From: an uncultured delta proteobacterium
GTDB lineage: Bacteria > Myxococcota_A > Polyangia > Polyangiales > Polyangiaceae
Length of the DNA stretch: 64,000 bases
Reading direction: 5' to 3'
NCBI GenBank assembly: GCA_963782055.1
Contig: CAWAIF010000003.1
Location: 5,888,001-5,952,000 of the forward strand
Below, one piece after another: positions 1-9,789 of this stretch. The notes beneath the pieces were generated by a model, which had not been told where the DNA came from, did no database searches, and saw only the letters and a list, made by a program, of their open reading frames with translations. How positions within the stretch are numbered: position 1 is the stretch's first letter; every line of letters starts with the position of its first letter. Made by a program: the position numbers and the translations under genes.

Positions 1-878
1 CGGACTTCCCGCGCGCGCTCATCACCAGCGGCGTGGACGTGGTCTTCAACATCGCCGAGGGGATCCGCGGCCGCAACCGCGAGTCGCAGGTGCCCTCGCT
101 CTGCGAGCTGCTCGGCGTGCCGCACACCGGCAGCGACTCGGCGACGCTGAGCATCTGTTTGGACAAGGGCCTCACCAAGCGGCTGCTCAAGGACGTGGAC
201 ACGCCGGAGGGCCAGGTGCTGGTCACCGGCCGGGAGAAGCTCAAGCCCTTCAAGTACCCGGTCATCGTCAAGCCCAACGCGGAGGGCACCAGCAAGGGCA
301 TCACCGCCAAGTCGGTGGTGGACGACGAGGCGGGCCTGCGCGAGGTGGCGCGCCTGCTCATCGAGAAGTACCACCAGCCCGCCCTCGTCGAGGAGTACGT
401 CTATGGCCGCGAGCTGACGGTCGGCATGCTGGGCGAGCGCCGCGCGCGCGTCCTGCCGCCGATGGAGGTGGTCTTCCTCGACGGCGGCACGCGGCCCGTC
501 TACGACTACGACTGCAAGCAGGACTGGCAGCGCCACGTCCGCTACGACGTGCCCGCCCGCCTGACGAAGGAGGAGCTGCGCGCCGTCGAGCGCGTGTGCC
601 GCACCACCTTCACCACCCTCGGCTGCCGCGACGTCGCGCGCGTGGACCTGCGCCTCACGCCGGCGGGCAAGGTCTACGTCATCGAGGTCAACCCGCTCCC
701 GGGCCTGACCCCCGACTACAGCGACCTGTGCCTGATCGCGAACGGCGCGAAGATGGACTACCGCGCGCTCATCGGCGAGATCCTGAGCGGCGCCATCAAG
801 CGCCTGCGGGAGAAAGCAGGCGAGACCCCGCGCGAGGGCGACGCGCGCGAGGTCACCCCCGCCCCCGCGCCGGTCTGA
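1..878 (+). CDS. D-alanine--D-alanine ligase family ATP-grasp protein (5' end outside window)
   Basis: Motifs LDKGLTK, PVIVKPNAEGTSKGI, EEYVYGRELTV, ARVDLR and IEVNPLPG; the frame is open to the window edge. Confidence 0.85.
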   Translation, partial: DFPRALITSGVDVVFNIAEGIRGRNRESQVPSLCELLGVPHTGSDSATLSICLDKGLTKRLLKDVDTPEGQVLVTGREKLKPFKYPVIVKPNAEGTSKGITAKSVVDDEAGLREVARLLIEKYHQPALVEEYVYGRELTVGMLGERRARVLPPMEVVFLDGGTRPVYDYDCKQDWQRHVRYDVPARLTKEELRAVERVCRTTFTTLGCRDVARVDLRLTPAGKVYVIEVNPLPGLTPDYSDLCLIANGAKMDYRALIGEILSGAIKRLREKAGETPREGDAREVTPAPAPV

Positions 879-948
879 GGGCGAGGCGGGTGGCGGCTGC
901 GAACGGCCTTTCTTCGCGGCGCAAGCTCGCCTACTCTCTCGCCTACCG

Positions 949-2976
949 ATGCGGATTTCCCGCCCATTTTCCGCCGCCGCGTGCGCCTTCGTCCTCGTCG
1001 CCGGCCCGGGCCGGGCGGCCCTCGCCGACGACGTGCTCCCCTCCATCGACGCGCGCACCTGGCGGCCCTCGGTGGACCCGCACGCCAACCTGGTGCTCGA
1101 GCCGGTGTCGACGCCCGGCCCGTGGGCGTGGAGCGTGGGCGGCTTCTTCGACTATGCCTTCCGGCCCGTCACGCTGACGAGCACCTCCAGCTCCGACGTC
1201 TCCTACCGGCCCGTCGACTCGGTCGTGACGATGAACATCGTCGCCGACCTGGGCCTCGGCAAGCGCGCGTCGGTCGGCGTCGGCGTGCCGGCGGTCATCT
1301 ACCAGACGGGGACCGAGGCGCTGCCCGGCGGCGTGGAGACGCTCGCCCTGCCGGCGACGGCGCTCGGGGACCTGAGCCTCCACGGCAAGGCCGCCATCAT
1401 CGACAACCAGAGCGGCGGCTTCGGGCTGGCGGCGGACGTGATGGCCACGGTACCCACCGGCGCGGTCTCCAGCTTCGCCGGCGAGGGCGCGGCCACCGGC
1501 CAGCTCCGCCTCACCGCCGACTACTCGGTGGTGATCGCGCACCTGCAGGCGTCGCTCGGCTACTTCGTCCGCACCGAGCGGCGCACCTGGCCGGAGGCGA
1601 CGCTCCTTCCGTCCGACCAGCGCTACGAGTACGGCGACGCCATCCCCTGGTCGCTCGGCATCAGCCTGCGGCCGGACATCTTCCACCTGGACCGGGATGA
1701 CCGGCAGGTCTGGGAGGTGGCGGCGCACGGGTGGGTCCCCGCCGGGCCGACGGCGCCCTTCGTCGACCCGGGCGCCGCGGCGCTCTCGCCGGTGCTCCTC
1801 TCCCTCTCCGATCGCATCGCCCTCGGCCACGACAAGGACACCTACGTCCTCGGCGGCATGGAGATCGGCCTGAGCGACGCGGTGGGCGTGCCTGGCTTCC
1901 GCGCGGTCGCGGGCATCGGGTGGGCACCGCGCGAGCACGACAAGGACCACGACGGCGTCCCCGACGACGAGGACCAGTGCGAGGACATCCCGGAGGACCG
2001 CGACGGCTTCGAGGACTCCGACGGCTGCCCGGAGGTGGACAACGACGACGACGGCATCGTCGACCGCGAGGACGCGTGCCCCAACGTGAAGGGAGCCCCC
2101 TCGAGCGACCCGAAGAAGAACGGCTGCCCCGCGGCAGACCGCGACGGCGACGGCGTGCCCGACGACGTGGACGCGTGCCCCGCGGTGAAGGGCGCGCCCA
2201 GCGCCGACCCCAAGCGCGACGGCTGCCCCACGGCGGACAAGGACAAGGACGGCGTGCCCGACGACGTGGACAAGTGTCCGGACCAGCCGGAGGACAAGGA
2301 CGGCTACCAGGACTCCGATGGCTGCCCGGATCCGGACAACGACGGCGACGGCGTGCCCGACACCCAGGACGCGTGTCCGCTGAAGGCAGGTGAGCCGTCC
2401 ACCAATCCCAAGTACGACGGCTGCCCCAACCCCGACCGCGACGGCGACACCTTCCTCAACGACGTCGACAAGTGCCCCGACGCCGCCGAGACGTTCAACG
2501 GCGTGGACGACGACGACGGCTGCCCCGACGAGGGCGGCAAGCCGCTGGTCGTGGTCGCCGGCAAGCCGGAGCACCCGACGCTGCGCCTCGCCAAGCCCAT
2601 CGAGATCGCCGGCGCGGCGGGGACCCCCTCGGTCGACCCTGCGAGCATGCCCACCCTCCGCGCGCTCGCGCTGGAGCTGAGCCGTCACCGGGACTGGACG
2701 CTCGCGGTGGGCGCGCGGCCCAAGGGCGCCTCGGCCCAGGCGCAGAGCGACGCGCTCTTCCGCGCCATCGCCGTCGTCAACGCGCTCTCCTCCATGACGC
2801 GCCGTGATGACGCGGCGGAGACGGTCGGCTGGGATGCGGTGCGCGGCCAGCCGGGCGCCGCCTCGGGCATCGGGCTGCTGGTGCTCGTGGCCCCGCCGGT
2901 GCCGCCACCCGCCAAGCCCGGGCCGCCGCCCCCGCCGGAGAAGGTTGCGCCGAAGCCCGCGCCCAAGAAGAAGTAA
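949..2976 (+). CDS. Outer-membrane protein: N-terminal beta-barrel, thrombospondin type-3-like (DxDxDGVPD..D.CP) repeats, degenerate OmpA-like C-terminus
   Basis: Signal peptide, amphipathic beta strands, about 8 Asp/Cys repeats, Pro/Lys tail. Confidence 0.8.
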   Translation: MRISRPFSAAACAFVLVAGPGRAALADDVLPSIDARTWRPSVDPHANLVLEPVSTPGPWAWSVGGFFDYAFRPVTLTSTSSSDVSYRPVDSVVTMNIVADLGLGKRASVGVGVPAVIYQTGTEALPGGVETLALPATALGDLSLHGKAAIIDNQSGGFGLAADVMATVPTGAVSSFAGEGAATGQLRLTADYSVVIAHLQASLGYFVRTERRTWPEATLLPSDQRYEYGDAIPWSLGISLRPDIFHLDRDDRQVWEVAAHGWVPAGPTAPFVDPGAAALSPVLLSLSDRIALGHDKDTYVLGGMEIGLSDAVGVPGFRAVAGIGWAPREHDKDHDGVPDDEDQCEDIPEDRDGFEDSDGCPEVDNDDDGIVDREDACPNVKGAPSSDPKKNGCPAADRDGDGVPDDVDACPAVKGAPSADPKRDGCPTADKDKDGVPDDVDKCPDQPEDKDGYQDSDGCPDPDNDGDGVPDTQDACPLKAGEPSTNPKYDGCPNPDRDGDTFLNDVDKCPDAAETFNGVDDDDGCPDEGGKPLVVVAGKPEHPTLRLAKPIEIAGAAGTPSVDPASMPTLRALALELSRHRDWTLAVGARPKGASAQAQSDALFRAIAVVNALSSMTRRDDAAETVGWDAVRGQPGAASGIGLLVLVAPPVPPPAKPGPPPPPEKVAPKPAPKKK

Positions 2977-2979
2977 GGG

Positions 2980-5097
2980 ATGCGGCGGCATCACCTCGCG
3001 CTGCTCGTCCTCGCCGGCCTCACGGTCGCCGCGCCCGTCGCGGCGCAGCCCGGGCCGTTCTTCGGGCCGCAGCTGACCGCGCCGCCGCCGGCGGAGATCC
3101 GCATCCGGGTGAGCTCGCCGGCGCACGCCTCCCTACGGAGCCGGTTCGGCGTCGACATGGCCGACCACCTGCTGCACTCCGCCGACGCCGACGACCGCCT
3201 GCGCGGGATCCGGCGCGCGGCGGCGGTGGGCTCGCCGGAGGCCGTCAGCCTGATGGTGCAGGCGGCGGGGCCGGGCGGGCCCGGCCGCGTCGACCCCCGC
3301 GCCCTCATCGAGCTGGCGCGCGGCCTGGCGCCCTTCGCCTCGGAGGAGGCGGTGCGCGAGCGGCTCTCCGGCATGCTGAGCGTCGCCGCGCCCTCCGGCG
3401 CACGTGATCGAAACTCCGAGCTGGGCGCGCGCATGGGCCTGGCGCGCGCCATCGCCGCGCTCGCGCTCGCTCGCTGCGACGACGTCAAGTGCCGCGACGC
3501 CCTCGCCGTGGCGGCGCGCACCCCCGGTCCCGGCCAGCTTGCGGCGGTGGCTGCGCTGGCCGTCAGGTCGGCGTCTCCGCTCTCCGACCCGAAGACCGCG
3601 CTCGTCGGGAGCGGGTGGACCCCCCTCTTCGTGCGATCCATCGCCCAGAGCGGAGACCTGCGGGCGCTCGACCTCCTCCGGGCGGAGGCCTCGGCGGACC
3701 CGAAGGACGTGGACGCCACCTCGCGCGCGGCCGCCCTGGTCGCCCTCGCCCAGCTCGGCGACGAGCGCGCGCGGCCCATCGCCATCGCGCGCTTCGCCGA
3801 CCAGGCGCCGCGCATGCGCCAGGCGGCCGGGGAGGCGCTGGTGCTCGTCGACGCGCCGGAGCGCTTCCGCGCGGCCGAGTCGCTCATCGGCAACGACGAC
3901 ACCGTCCACACCGGCGTACGCCTGGCGCGGCGCGCGCAGGACAAGGGCGTGGTGAAGGCGCTGGCGGCGCGCTTCGCCGTCTCGAGCGATCCGACGCTGC
4001 GGGCGGAGATCCTCGTCGCGCTCGGCCGCGGCCTCACCCCCGACGCCCTCGAGGTGCTGACGAGCCTGGTGGGCGACCCACGCTGGGGTAGCGACGCCGT
4101 CGCCGCGATCGCACGCTCGCCGAACACGGGCGCGATGCGCGCGCTGGAGAGCCTCGCCGCCGCCCCTGGTCGGCGGCGCCTCGTCGCGCGCGCCTACGCG
4201 GTGCGCGTCGAGACGCGCGGCGAGCGCAGCGCGGTGCTCGACGCCCTCGTCGGCGCGCTCTGGCGCTCGCGCGACGCGCGCGACCGCGGGGTGGCGGCCT
4301 TCGCGCGGGTGCTCCTCGGAGAGGCCGACGTGGGCGATCTACTGAAAGACCCCTCGCCCGACGTCCGGCGACAGGCGGCGATGGCCTCCGCCGCGCACCC
4401 GACCGCGGCGGTGCAACGCGCGCTGCTTACGCGCGCGACCGGCGAGAAGGACGCGACCACCGCGCGCGTGATGCTCCTCGCCCTGGCCGGCGGCGACCCC
4501 GACGCCATCGTCCCGACGCTCAGCCTGGCGCTCCGGGCGGAGAGCGGCGGCCCCGACGCCCCGCTGGCGGCGCTCGCCCTCGCGCGGCGCAAGGGCGACG
4601 CCGTGAAGGAGAAGGTGGACGCCCTCCTCGCCTCGGAGGACCCGGTCCTTCGCGCCCACACCGCGCGCGGACTCGCGTGGAGCGAGGAGGACGACGCGTC
4701 CGGGCGCCTCGCCGCCGCCTACGCCTACGAGGGGCACGCCGCCGTTCGCCGGGCGATCGTCGCCGCCCTCGCCGCGCGCACCGCCGACGCCCGGAGCCCC
4801 GCGCGCGCGGACACGCTCTCGCTCGCGGCGCGGCTGGATCCCGACGCCCTCACCCGCACCATCGCCAGGCGCGCGCTGGCCGGGCTGCCTCCGCTCGCCG
4901 GGTCGCCCATTCACGAGATCGCGTGGCTGCGCCTCGTCGACGCCGACGGCTCGCCACCCACCCGCGCCATGCTCGGCACCTACGTGACGTCGGAGGGCCT
5001 GGCGCGCCCGGTAGTCTTCGACGCCGACGGCTACGCGCTCGTCCCCGGCGTCCCACCGGGTGAGGGGCGCCTCGTGCTTGCGCCGAGCATTCCGTAG
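2980..5097 (+). CDS. Secreted HEAT-repeat protein
   Basis: Signal peptide; repeated D....VR..AA.AL helical motifs; starts 3 nt after the upstream stop. Confidence 0.7.
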   Translation: MRRHHLALLVLAGLTVAAPVAAQPGPFFGPQLTAPPPAEIRIRVSSPAHASLRSRFGVDMADHLLHSADADDRLRGIRRAAAVGSPEAVSLMVQAAGPGGPGRVDPRALIELARGLAPFASEEAVRERLSGMLSVAAPSGARDRNSELGARMGLARAIAALALARCDDVKCRDALAVAARTPGPGQLAAVAALAVRSASPLSDPKTALVGSGWTPLFVRSIAQSGDLRALDLLRAEASADPKDVDATSRAAALVALAQLGDERARPIAIARFADQAPRMRQAAGEALVLVDAPERFRAAESLIGNDDTVHTGVRLARRAQDKGVVKALAARFAVSSDPTLRAEILVALGRGLTPDALEVLTSLVGDPRWGSDAVAAIARSPNTGAMRALESLAAAPGRRRLVARAYAVRVETRGERSAVLDALVGALWRSRDARDRGVAAFARVLLGEADVGDLLKDPSPDVRRQAAMASAAHPTAAVQRALLTRATGEKDATTARVMLLALAGGDPDAIVPTLSLALRAESGGPDAPLAALALARRKGDAVKEKVDALLASEDPVLRAHTARGLAWSEEDDASGRLAAAYAYEGHAAVRRAIVAALAARTADARSPARADTLSLAARLDPDALTRTIARRALAGLPPLAGSPIHEIAWLRLVDADGSPPTRAMLGTYVTSEGLARPVVFDADGYALVPGVPPGEGRLVLAPSIP

Positions 5098-5112
5098 GGC
5101 TAGCCCTTCGTC

Positions 5113-5403
5113 ATGCCCAAGGACGAGCGACCCGCAGCGGACGAGGCGCCGCCGAAGGCGAGCTTCGAGCAGTCGATGGCCCGCCTGTCGAAGATCGTCG
5201 AGACACTGGAGAAGGGGGATCTCCCGCTGGAGGAGTCGCTCCGCCTCTTCGAGGAGGGCGTCAAGCTCACGCGCGCCGCGCAGGAGCGTCTGGACGCCGC
5301 CGAGCAGCGCGTGGAGCGCCTGCTGGGCGTCGACGGGCAGGGCAAGGCGCGCACCGCGCCCTTCGAGACGACGGGCGACGAGGACGAGGAGCCCCCCTTC
5401 TGA
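5113..5403 (+). CDS. xseB: Exodeoxyribonuclease VII small subunit
   Basis: SFEQSMARLSKIVETLEKGDLPLEESLRLFEEGVKL signature. Confidence 0.93.
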   Translation: MPKDERPAADEAPPKASFEQSMARLSKIVETLEKGDLPLEESLRLFEEGVKLTRAAQERLDAAEQRVERLLGVDGQGKARTAPFETTGDEDEEPPF

Positions 5404-5478
5404 GAGGCTGTGACGCCCGACGCGCGGCGGAGGTCCGGCGCGGGTTGGCGGCGCGTGCCACCGCCGAGCTGGTCCTCG

Positions 5479-8259
5479 TCACGCGGTGGAGCGCCGGACC
5501 TCGTCGCCCGCCGTTCGCCACACCTTCACCACCCGGCGTCCCTGATACGGGCCGGAGCTCGTCACGTCCACGCGCGTCTGCACCGGCATCTGGTGGAGCG
5601 CCATCGCCAGATCGCGATCGCCCGCGGCGGCCTGCGAGAGGACGAGCCCGTGCGGCTCCGAGGCGCCGGCGAACCACAGCGTGCGGTGCAGCGTCTCGCC
5701 GAAGTAGTCGATGCGCGTCTCGCGCGTCAGCGCGAGGCACCGCCCGCCGTGCACCGCCGACCGCACCGGGAGGTCGCGACCCGCGTCGAGCAGATCGATC
5801 GCCGCCCGCAGCGCGCTCGGCCCGGAGGGGAAGGCCGCCACCAGCGTCTCGAGAGGGCCGGGGAGCGCGGAGCCGCCCTCGCGCCTCACCGCCTGGGCGA
5901 AGGCATCCTCGAAGGCGCGCAGCGCGGAGCACGTCTCGCCGTCGCCCCTCGCGAGGAAGAGCGCCCCACAATCACTGGCGTCGACGGCGAGGAAGAAGAG
6001 GTGGCTCACGCCGAGGTGCTCACCGAAGGAGATGAGCTCGCTCCCGAAGAAGTCACGAAAGGTCGGGTGCGTGAGCGCGACCACCGCCGGCACGGCGTCG
6101 CCCCGGGCGTACCGGCTCTCGAGCCGGACCGTGCGCTCGTGGGGCGTATCGTTGACGACGCACAGGGTCACCTCGCCGTCGCCGAGCACGGCGGGGCGCA
6201 CGTCCACCGCGCCCTCGCCGACGACCACGTCCGCCGCCCGCGCGACGCCGACGGAGCTGGAGGAGAGCTCGCCCGGCACGCCGACCCCGTATGCGGCGAT
6301 GGAGTAGTCCCCGCCGGGCAGCCGCACGACGACCGTGCGCTCCTCGCCCGGGTCCAGCACGAGCTGCGCCAGCACGTGAGGGCGCCGGGCGGGCGAGCCG
6401 GCGCAGTAGGTCTCCACGTCGGTCTTGCGCACCTCCGGGTGAGCGCGAAAGACGAGCTCGACCGACGTGCCGAGATCGCGGTCGTACTCCGTCTCGCAAG
6501 CCTCGCACCGGGCGTGCGACGTGACGCCCTCCAGCCTGGGCTTCGTCTCGTGGGCGACCATGCACGTGGGGCAGACCAGGTCCCAGGCGAGCTCCAGCAA
6601 GCCGATGTGCGACGCGTGGAGCATGAGGTCGAGCGCGCGGTCGCGCGACACGCCCAGCGTCTCGGCGAGCACGAAGGGTCGCATGCGGGCGAGCCGGCGA
6701 GCCTCCGAGCGCAGCAGCACCACCGAGAGCGCGTCCACCTCCGGCTTCTCGAAGCCGGCCTCGAGCAGCTCGCGCGCGCCGGCGTGGACCCGCTCCAGCT
6801 CGGAGGCCGACGGCCGGTACGGCACGTCGTACGGGTCGCCTCGCCCGGCGACCACCGTCGCGTCGACGTGACGGTAGACGCGGTCCATCGCCCGGCGAAG
6901 CCGCTGCCCGATCTCCAGCGTCGCCGCCACGCGCCCGAAGATGCCGCGCGGGATGACGGCGATCTCGTGCGTCAGGTCGGTGCCGCCGTCCTCGCGACGG
7001 CGCATCTCCACGCGGTTCCAGAGCGCCTCGAGCGGCCCCGCGCCGTACCACCGGAAGACGGTGTGCTGCCTGTCCTTGATCCACTCGAAGGGGTACTCGC
7101 GCCAGCGCATCTCCAGGGCCATCGCCCGCGCCCGGCCGGAACGCGCCATGGTGTCGGGGGACTCGCGGCCCGCGGCGACGGCCACCCGCCCGAGCCCGGC
7201 CGCCTCGTTGAACCGGTCGGTGTCGGCCACGAAGGGCCACAGCGCCTCCGGGCTGGAGCGGAGCGACCATCGCCACTCGAAGACGCGGCTGGCCTGGTCG
7301 CGATCCGGCCGCGGCGTCCGCGGAGCGGGGCCGGACTTGCGCACGGTGCGCGGCGGCGCCACCTCGCCGCGGGCCTCGGGCAACGGCCGGCCGTCGCGCA
7401 CCGCGACGAGCGCGTCGTGCAGCACGACCCCGCTCCGGAAGCGCTCGTCTGGCGCCTTGGAGAGGCACCGGAGCACGACCTGCTCCAGCTCGGCGTGGAC
7501 CGGCGCGTGCCGTGATGGGGGCTCGGGCGTCGCGAAGACGACCTTGTGCAGCAGCGCGCCATGGTCCTGCCCCTCGTACGGCCGCCTGCCGGTCAGCATC
7601 TGGTAGAGGATCACGCCGATGGCGTGCACGTCGGTCGCCGGGCCGATCCCGCCCTCGCCGAGGATCTGCTCCGGCGCCATGTACGGCGGCGACCCGGCGA
7701 AGTTCCCGAGGTCCTGCCCCTGCGCGACCTTGATGGCGAGCCCGAAGTCCAGCACGCGCGCGCGGCCGCTGCGGTCGATCATGATGTTGCCCGGCTTGAG
7801 ATCGCGGTGGACCACGCCCTTCTCGTGGGCGGCACCGACGCCGCGCGCCACCTCGATCGCGATGCGCAGCGCCTCGCCGGACGTCAGCTTCCCGTCACGC
7901 AGGACCACCGCGAGGTCGGTCCCGTCGACGTACTCCATCGTGTAGTAGGGGCGACCGTCCAGCGTGCGACCGACGTCGAGCACGGTCACGACGCCCGGGT
8001 CCCCGACGCGCGCCGCCAGCCGCGCCTCCGACCACATGGCGGCGACCTCCTCCCCGCTGGCCTGGGAGTCCTCGGCGTGAACCTTCAGCGCCACGCGGCG
8101 GTCGAGGCGCAGCTCGATCGCCTCCCACACGACGCCCATGCCGCCGCGGCCGATCACCCGCAGGACCTGGTACCCCGCGACGGCGGGTGCACCAGGAACT
8201 CCGGGGGCTGCAGGCGCAGGCCCATCCTTGACGGTCTTGTCCTCTTCCATCGCCAGCAT
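5479..8259 (-). CDS. Ser/Thr protein kinase fused to SRPBCC-like, DUF5939-like and degenerate class III nucleotide-cyclase domains
   Basis: Kinase motifs GRGGMG, VALK, HRDLKPGN, DFG, YMAPE; then LWPFVADTDRFN, WDLVCPTC, CAGSP..PH; C-terminal DYFGETLHR. Confidence 0.8.
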   Translation of the reverse strand: MLAMEEDKTVKDGPAPAAPGVPGAPAVAGYQVLRVIGRGGMGVVWEAIELRLDRRVALKVHAEDSQASGEEVAAMWSEARLAARVGDPGVVTVLDVGRTLDGRPYYTMEYVDGTDLAVVLRDGKLTSGEALRIAIEVARGVGAAHEKGVVHRDLKPGNIMIDRSGRARVLDFGLAIKVAQGQDLGNFAGSPPYMAPEQILGEGGIGPATDVHAIGVILYQMLTGRRPYEGQDHGALLHKVVFATPEPPSRHAPVHAELEQVVLRCLSKAPDERFRSGVVLHDALVAVRDGRPLPEARGEVAPPRTVRKSGPAPRTPRPDRDQASRVFEWRWSLRSSPEALWPFVADTDRFNEAAGLGRVAVAAGRESPDTMARSGRARAMALEMRWREYPFEWIKDRQHTVFRWYGAGPLEALWNRVEMRRREDGGTDLTHEIAVIPRGIFGRVAATLEIGQRLRRAMDRVYRHVDATVVAGRGDPYDVPYRPSASELERVHAGARELLEAGFEKPEVDALSVVLLRSEARRLARMRPFVLAETLGVSRDRALDLMLHASHIGLLELAWDLVCPTCMVAHETKPRLEGVTSHARCEACETEYDRDLGTSVELVFRAHPEVRKTDVETYCAGSPARRPHVLAQLVLDPGEERTVVVRLPGGDYSIAAYGVGVPGELSSSSVGVARAADVVVGEGAVDVRPAVLGDGEVTLCVVNDTPHERTVRLESRYARGDAVPAVVALTHPTFRDFFGSELISFGEHLGVSHLFFLAVDASDCGALFLARGDGETCSALRAFEDAFAQAVRREGGSALPGPLETLVAAFPSGPSALRAAIDLLDAGRDLPVRSAVHGGRCLALTRETRIDYFGETLHRTLWFAGASEPHGLVLSQAAAGDRDLAMALHQMPVQTRVDVTSSGPYQGRRVVKVWRTAGDEVRRSTA

Positions 8260-8367
8260 GCAGGTTAGGCCAACCGTCTACGCACCGCGCGGTGGGACGG
8301 TTGCCTACTTCCTGCTACCTCGCCGGCGCTCTACACCGTCACGGTCGGGAGATCAGCCCGGCGGGGA

Positions 8368-9303
8368 TCACTTGCCGAGCGCGCCGCGGTAGACCCAGCC
8401 TTCGCTCTGGTTCTTGTCGCCGAAGTGGATCGGGTACCAGCCCGCCTCCAGCTTGCCGAGCTGGACGCGCGTGCCCCGCGGCAGCCGCGCGATGATCTTC
8501 CCGGTGTGCGGCGCATCGCGGATGATGGCGACATCCCACGCGACGACGCCCACGCCGTCGGGCAGATCGGCCGCCGCCGCCCCGGCGGGCGTGCCGCCCC
8601 TCGCGTGAGAGGGCGTGGCGGTGACGGCGGCAGGGGTCGACCCGGACGCCGCAGGCGACGTGCTCTCGCCACCCTCCGTCTCGATGTGCACGACGTACAG
8701 CACGGTGTAGCGCGGGTTGTCGTGCGCCACCGACTTGAGGCTCATCGTCTTGAACTCGCCGGCGAGCACCGCCTTGAGCGAGCCGGGGTCCTTCACGCTG
8801 GAGGACTTCCCGCTCTCCACCGAGACGCGGTTGCGCCCGAAGTCCAGGCCCAGGATGACGTTGAGCTTGCCCGGGTTCTGCGCGGCGACCGGCGCCGCGG
8901 TGAGCTTCTGGATGCGCGCCTGGACGATCGCGTCCAGCCCGAGCAGCGTGCCGCAGTCGCGTCGCTTCAGCGTGTCGCCCGCGTCGGTCTTGCACGAGAG
9001 CACGATGGCGCGGCCGACGTGGACCTTCGGCGGGGCCGCGACCGGGGTCACCGACCCGGACGCGGCGGCGGTCACGGCGACGGCCGCCTGCGCGGCGGAC
9101 GCCGACGGCGGCGCTTCCGGCGCGCGCGCGGCGAGCGCCGACAGGGCCTCGGCCGGCGCGCTGGGGCCGAGCCGCACGCCCACGATCTTGGGCCAGGCGA
9201 TGCCGACGGCGAACCCCACCACGGCGATCACCCCGACGCGGGTCCACGACGGCTGGTTGGCCTCCGGCGGGGGGATCTGGACGGCGAGGGGCTTGCTGCG
9301 CAT
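8368..9303 (-). CDS. Membrane-anchored protein with C-terminal SH3-like domain
   Basis: N-terminal TM helix; C-terminal IRDAP..GKIIARLPRGT..W..GWV (SH3b-like). Confidence 0.7.
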   Translation of the reverse strand: MRSKPLAVQIPPPEANQPSWTRVGVIAVVGFAVGIAWPKIVGVRLGPSAPAEALSALAARAPEAPPSASAAQAAVAVTAAASGSVTPVAAPPKVHVGRAIVLSCKTDAGDTLKRRDCGTLLGLDAIVQARIQKLTAAPVAAQNPGKLNVILGLDFGRNRVSVESGKSSSVKDPGSLKAVLAGEFKTMSLKSVAHDNPRYTVLYVVHIETEGGESTSPAASGSTPAAVTATPSHARGGTPAGAAAADLPDGVGVVAWDVAIIRDAPHTGKIIARLPRGTRVQLGKLEAGWYPIHFGDKNQSEGWVYRGALGK

Positions 9304-9481
9304 CGCGGGCGATCGTTAGCACGGGCGGCCAAAACGGGCGAAAAACCGGGGAGTCCTGCGGCCGCGGCGCCCCGGCACCATGTGCGCGGGGTGCAAAGGT
9401 ACGCCCGCATGCGAAGACGATGTAAACCGCATCTTCCCGCTTGATCGCGCCGAACGGCCGGTGGTACGCCGTCGCGTCGCC

Positions 9482-9691
9482 ATGAAGATCACCACCGTCT
9501 TCGTCGCCTTCGTCCTCGCGCTCGGCGCGGTCGCGTGCACCCACGTCGCTCCCTACGAGCGTGGGCAGCTCGCCAACCCGACGATGACCGGCGCCGACAT
9601 CGACGGCCTCGCCGCGTCACACGTCCGTGCGGTGCACGAGGGCGCGACAGGCGGCGGGTCGATCGCCGAGAGCGGCTGCGGCTGCAACTGA
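9482..9691 (+). CDS. DUF4266-family small lipoprotein
   Basis: Lipobox AVAC, VAPYERGQLANPTM, C-terminal GCGCN. Confidence 0.85.
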   Translation: MKITTVFVAFVLALGAVACTHVAPYERGQLANPTMTGADIDGLAASHVRAVHEGATGGGSIAESGCGCN

Positions 9692-9789
9692 GCGGCGCGC
9701 GCGCACGCTCGAGCCGCCCGCGAATCGCGTCGCGCGGGATGCGTGCCTGATCGTACCGCCCTCGCGGTACAGAGCTGCAACGCAGCGTC

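Noticed and set aside
1930..2540. Periodic GACGGCGTGCCCGAC-type repeats as a possible CRISPR array or DNA repeat
   Set aside because: They are degenerate in-frame codons of thrombospondin-type Asp/Cys protein repeats; there is no fixed repeat-spacer pattern and no cas genes.
943..3126. Long antisense and alternative-frame ORFs throughout the window (e.g. 943-3126, 5410-7515, 56709-58985)
   Set aside because: Shadow ORFs expected in high-GC DNA; Arg/Gly/Pro-rich, with no motifs, and overlapping clearly recognisable genes.
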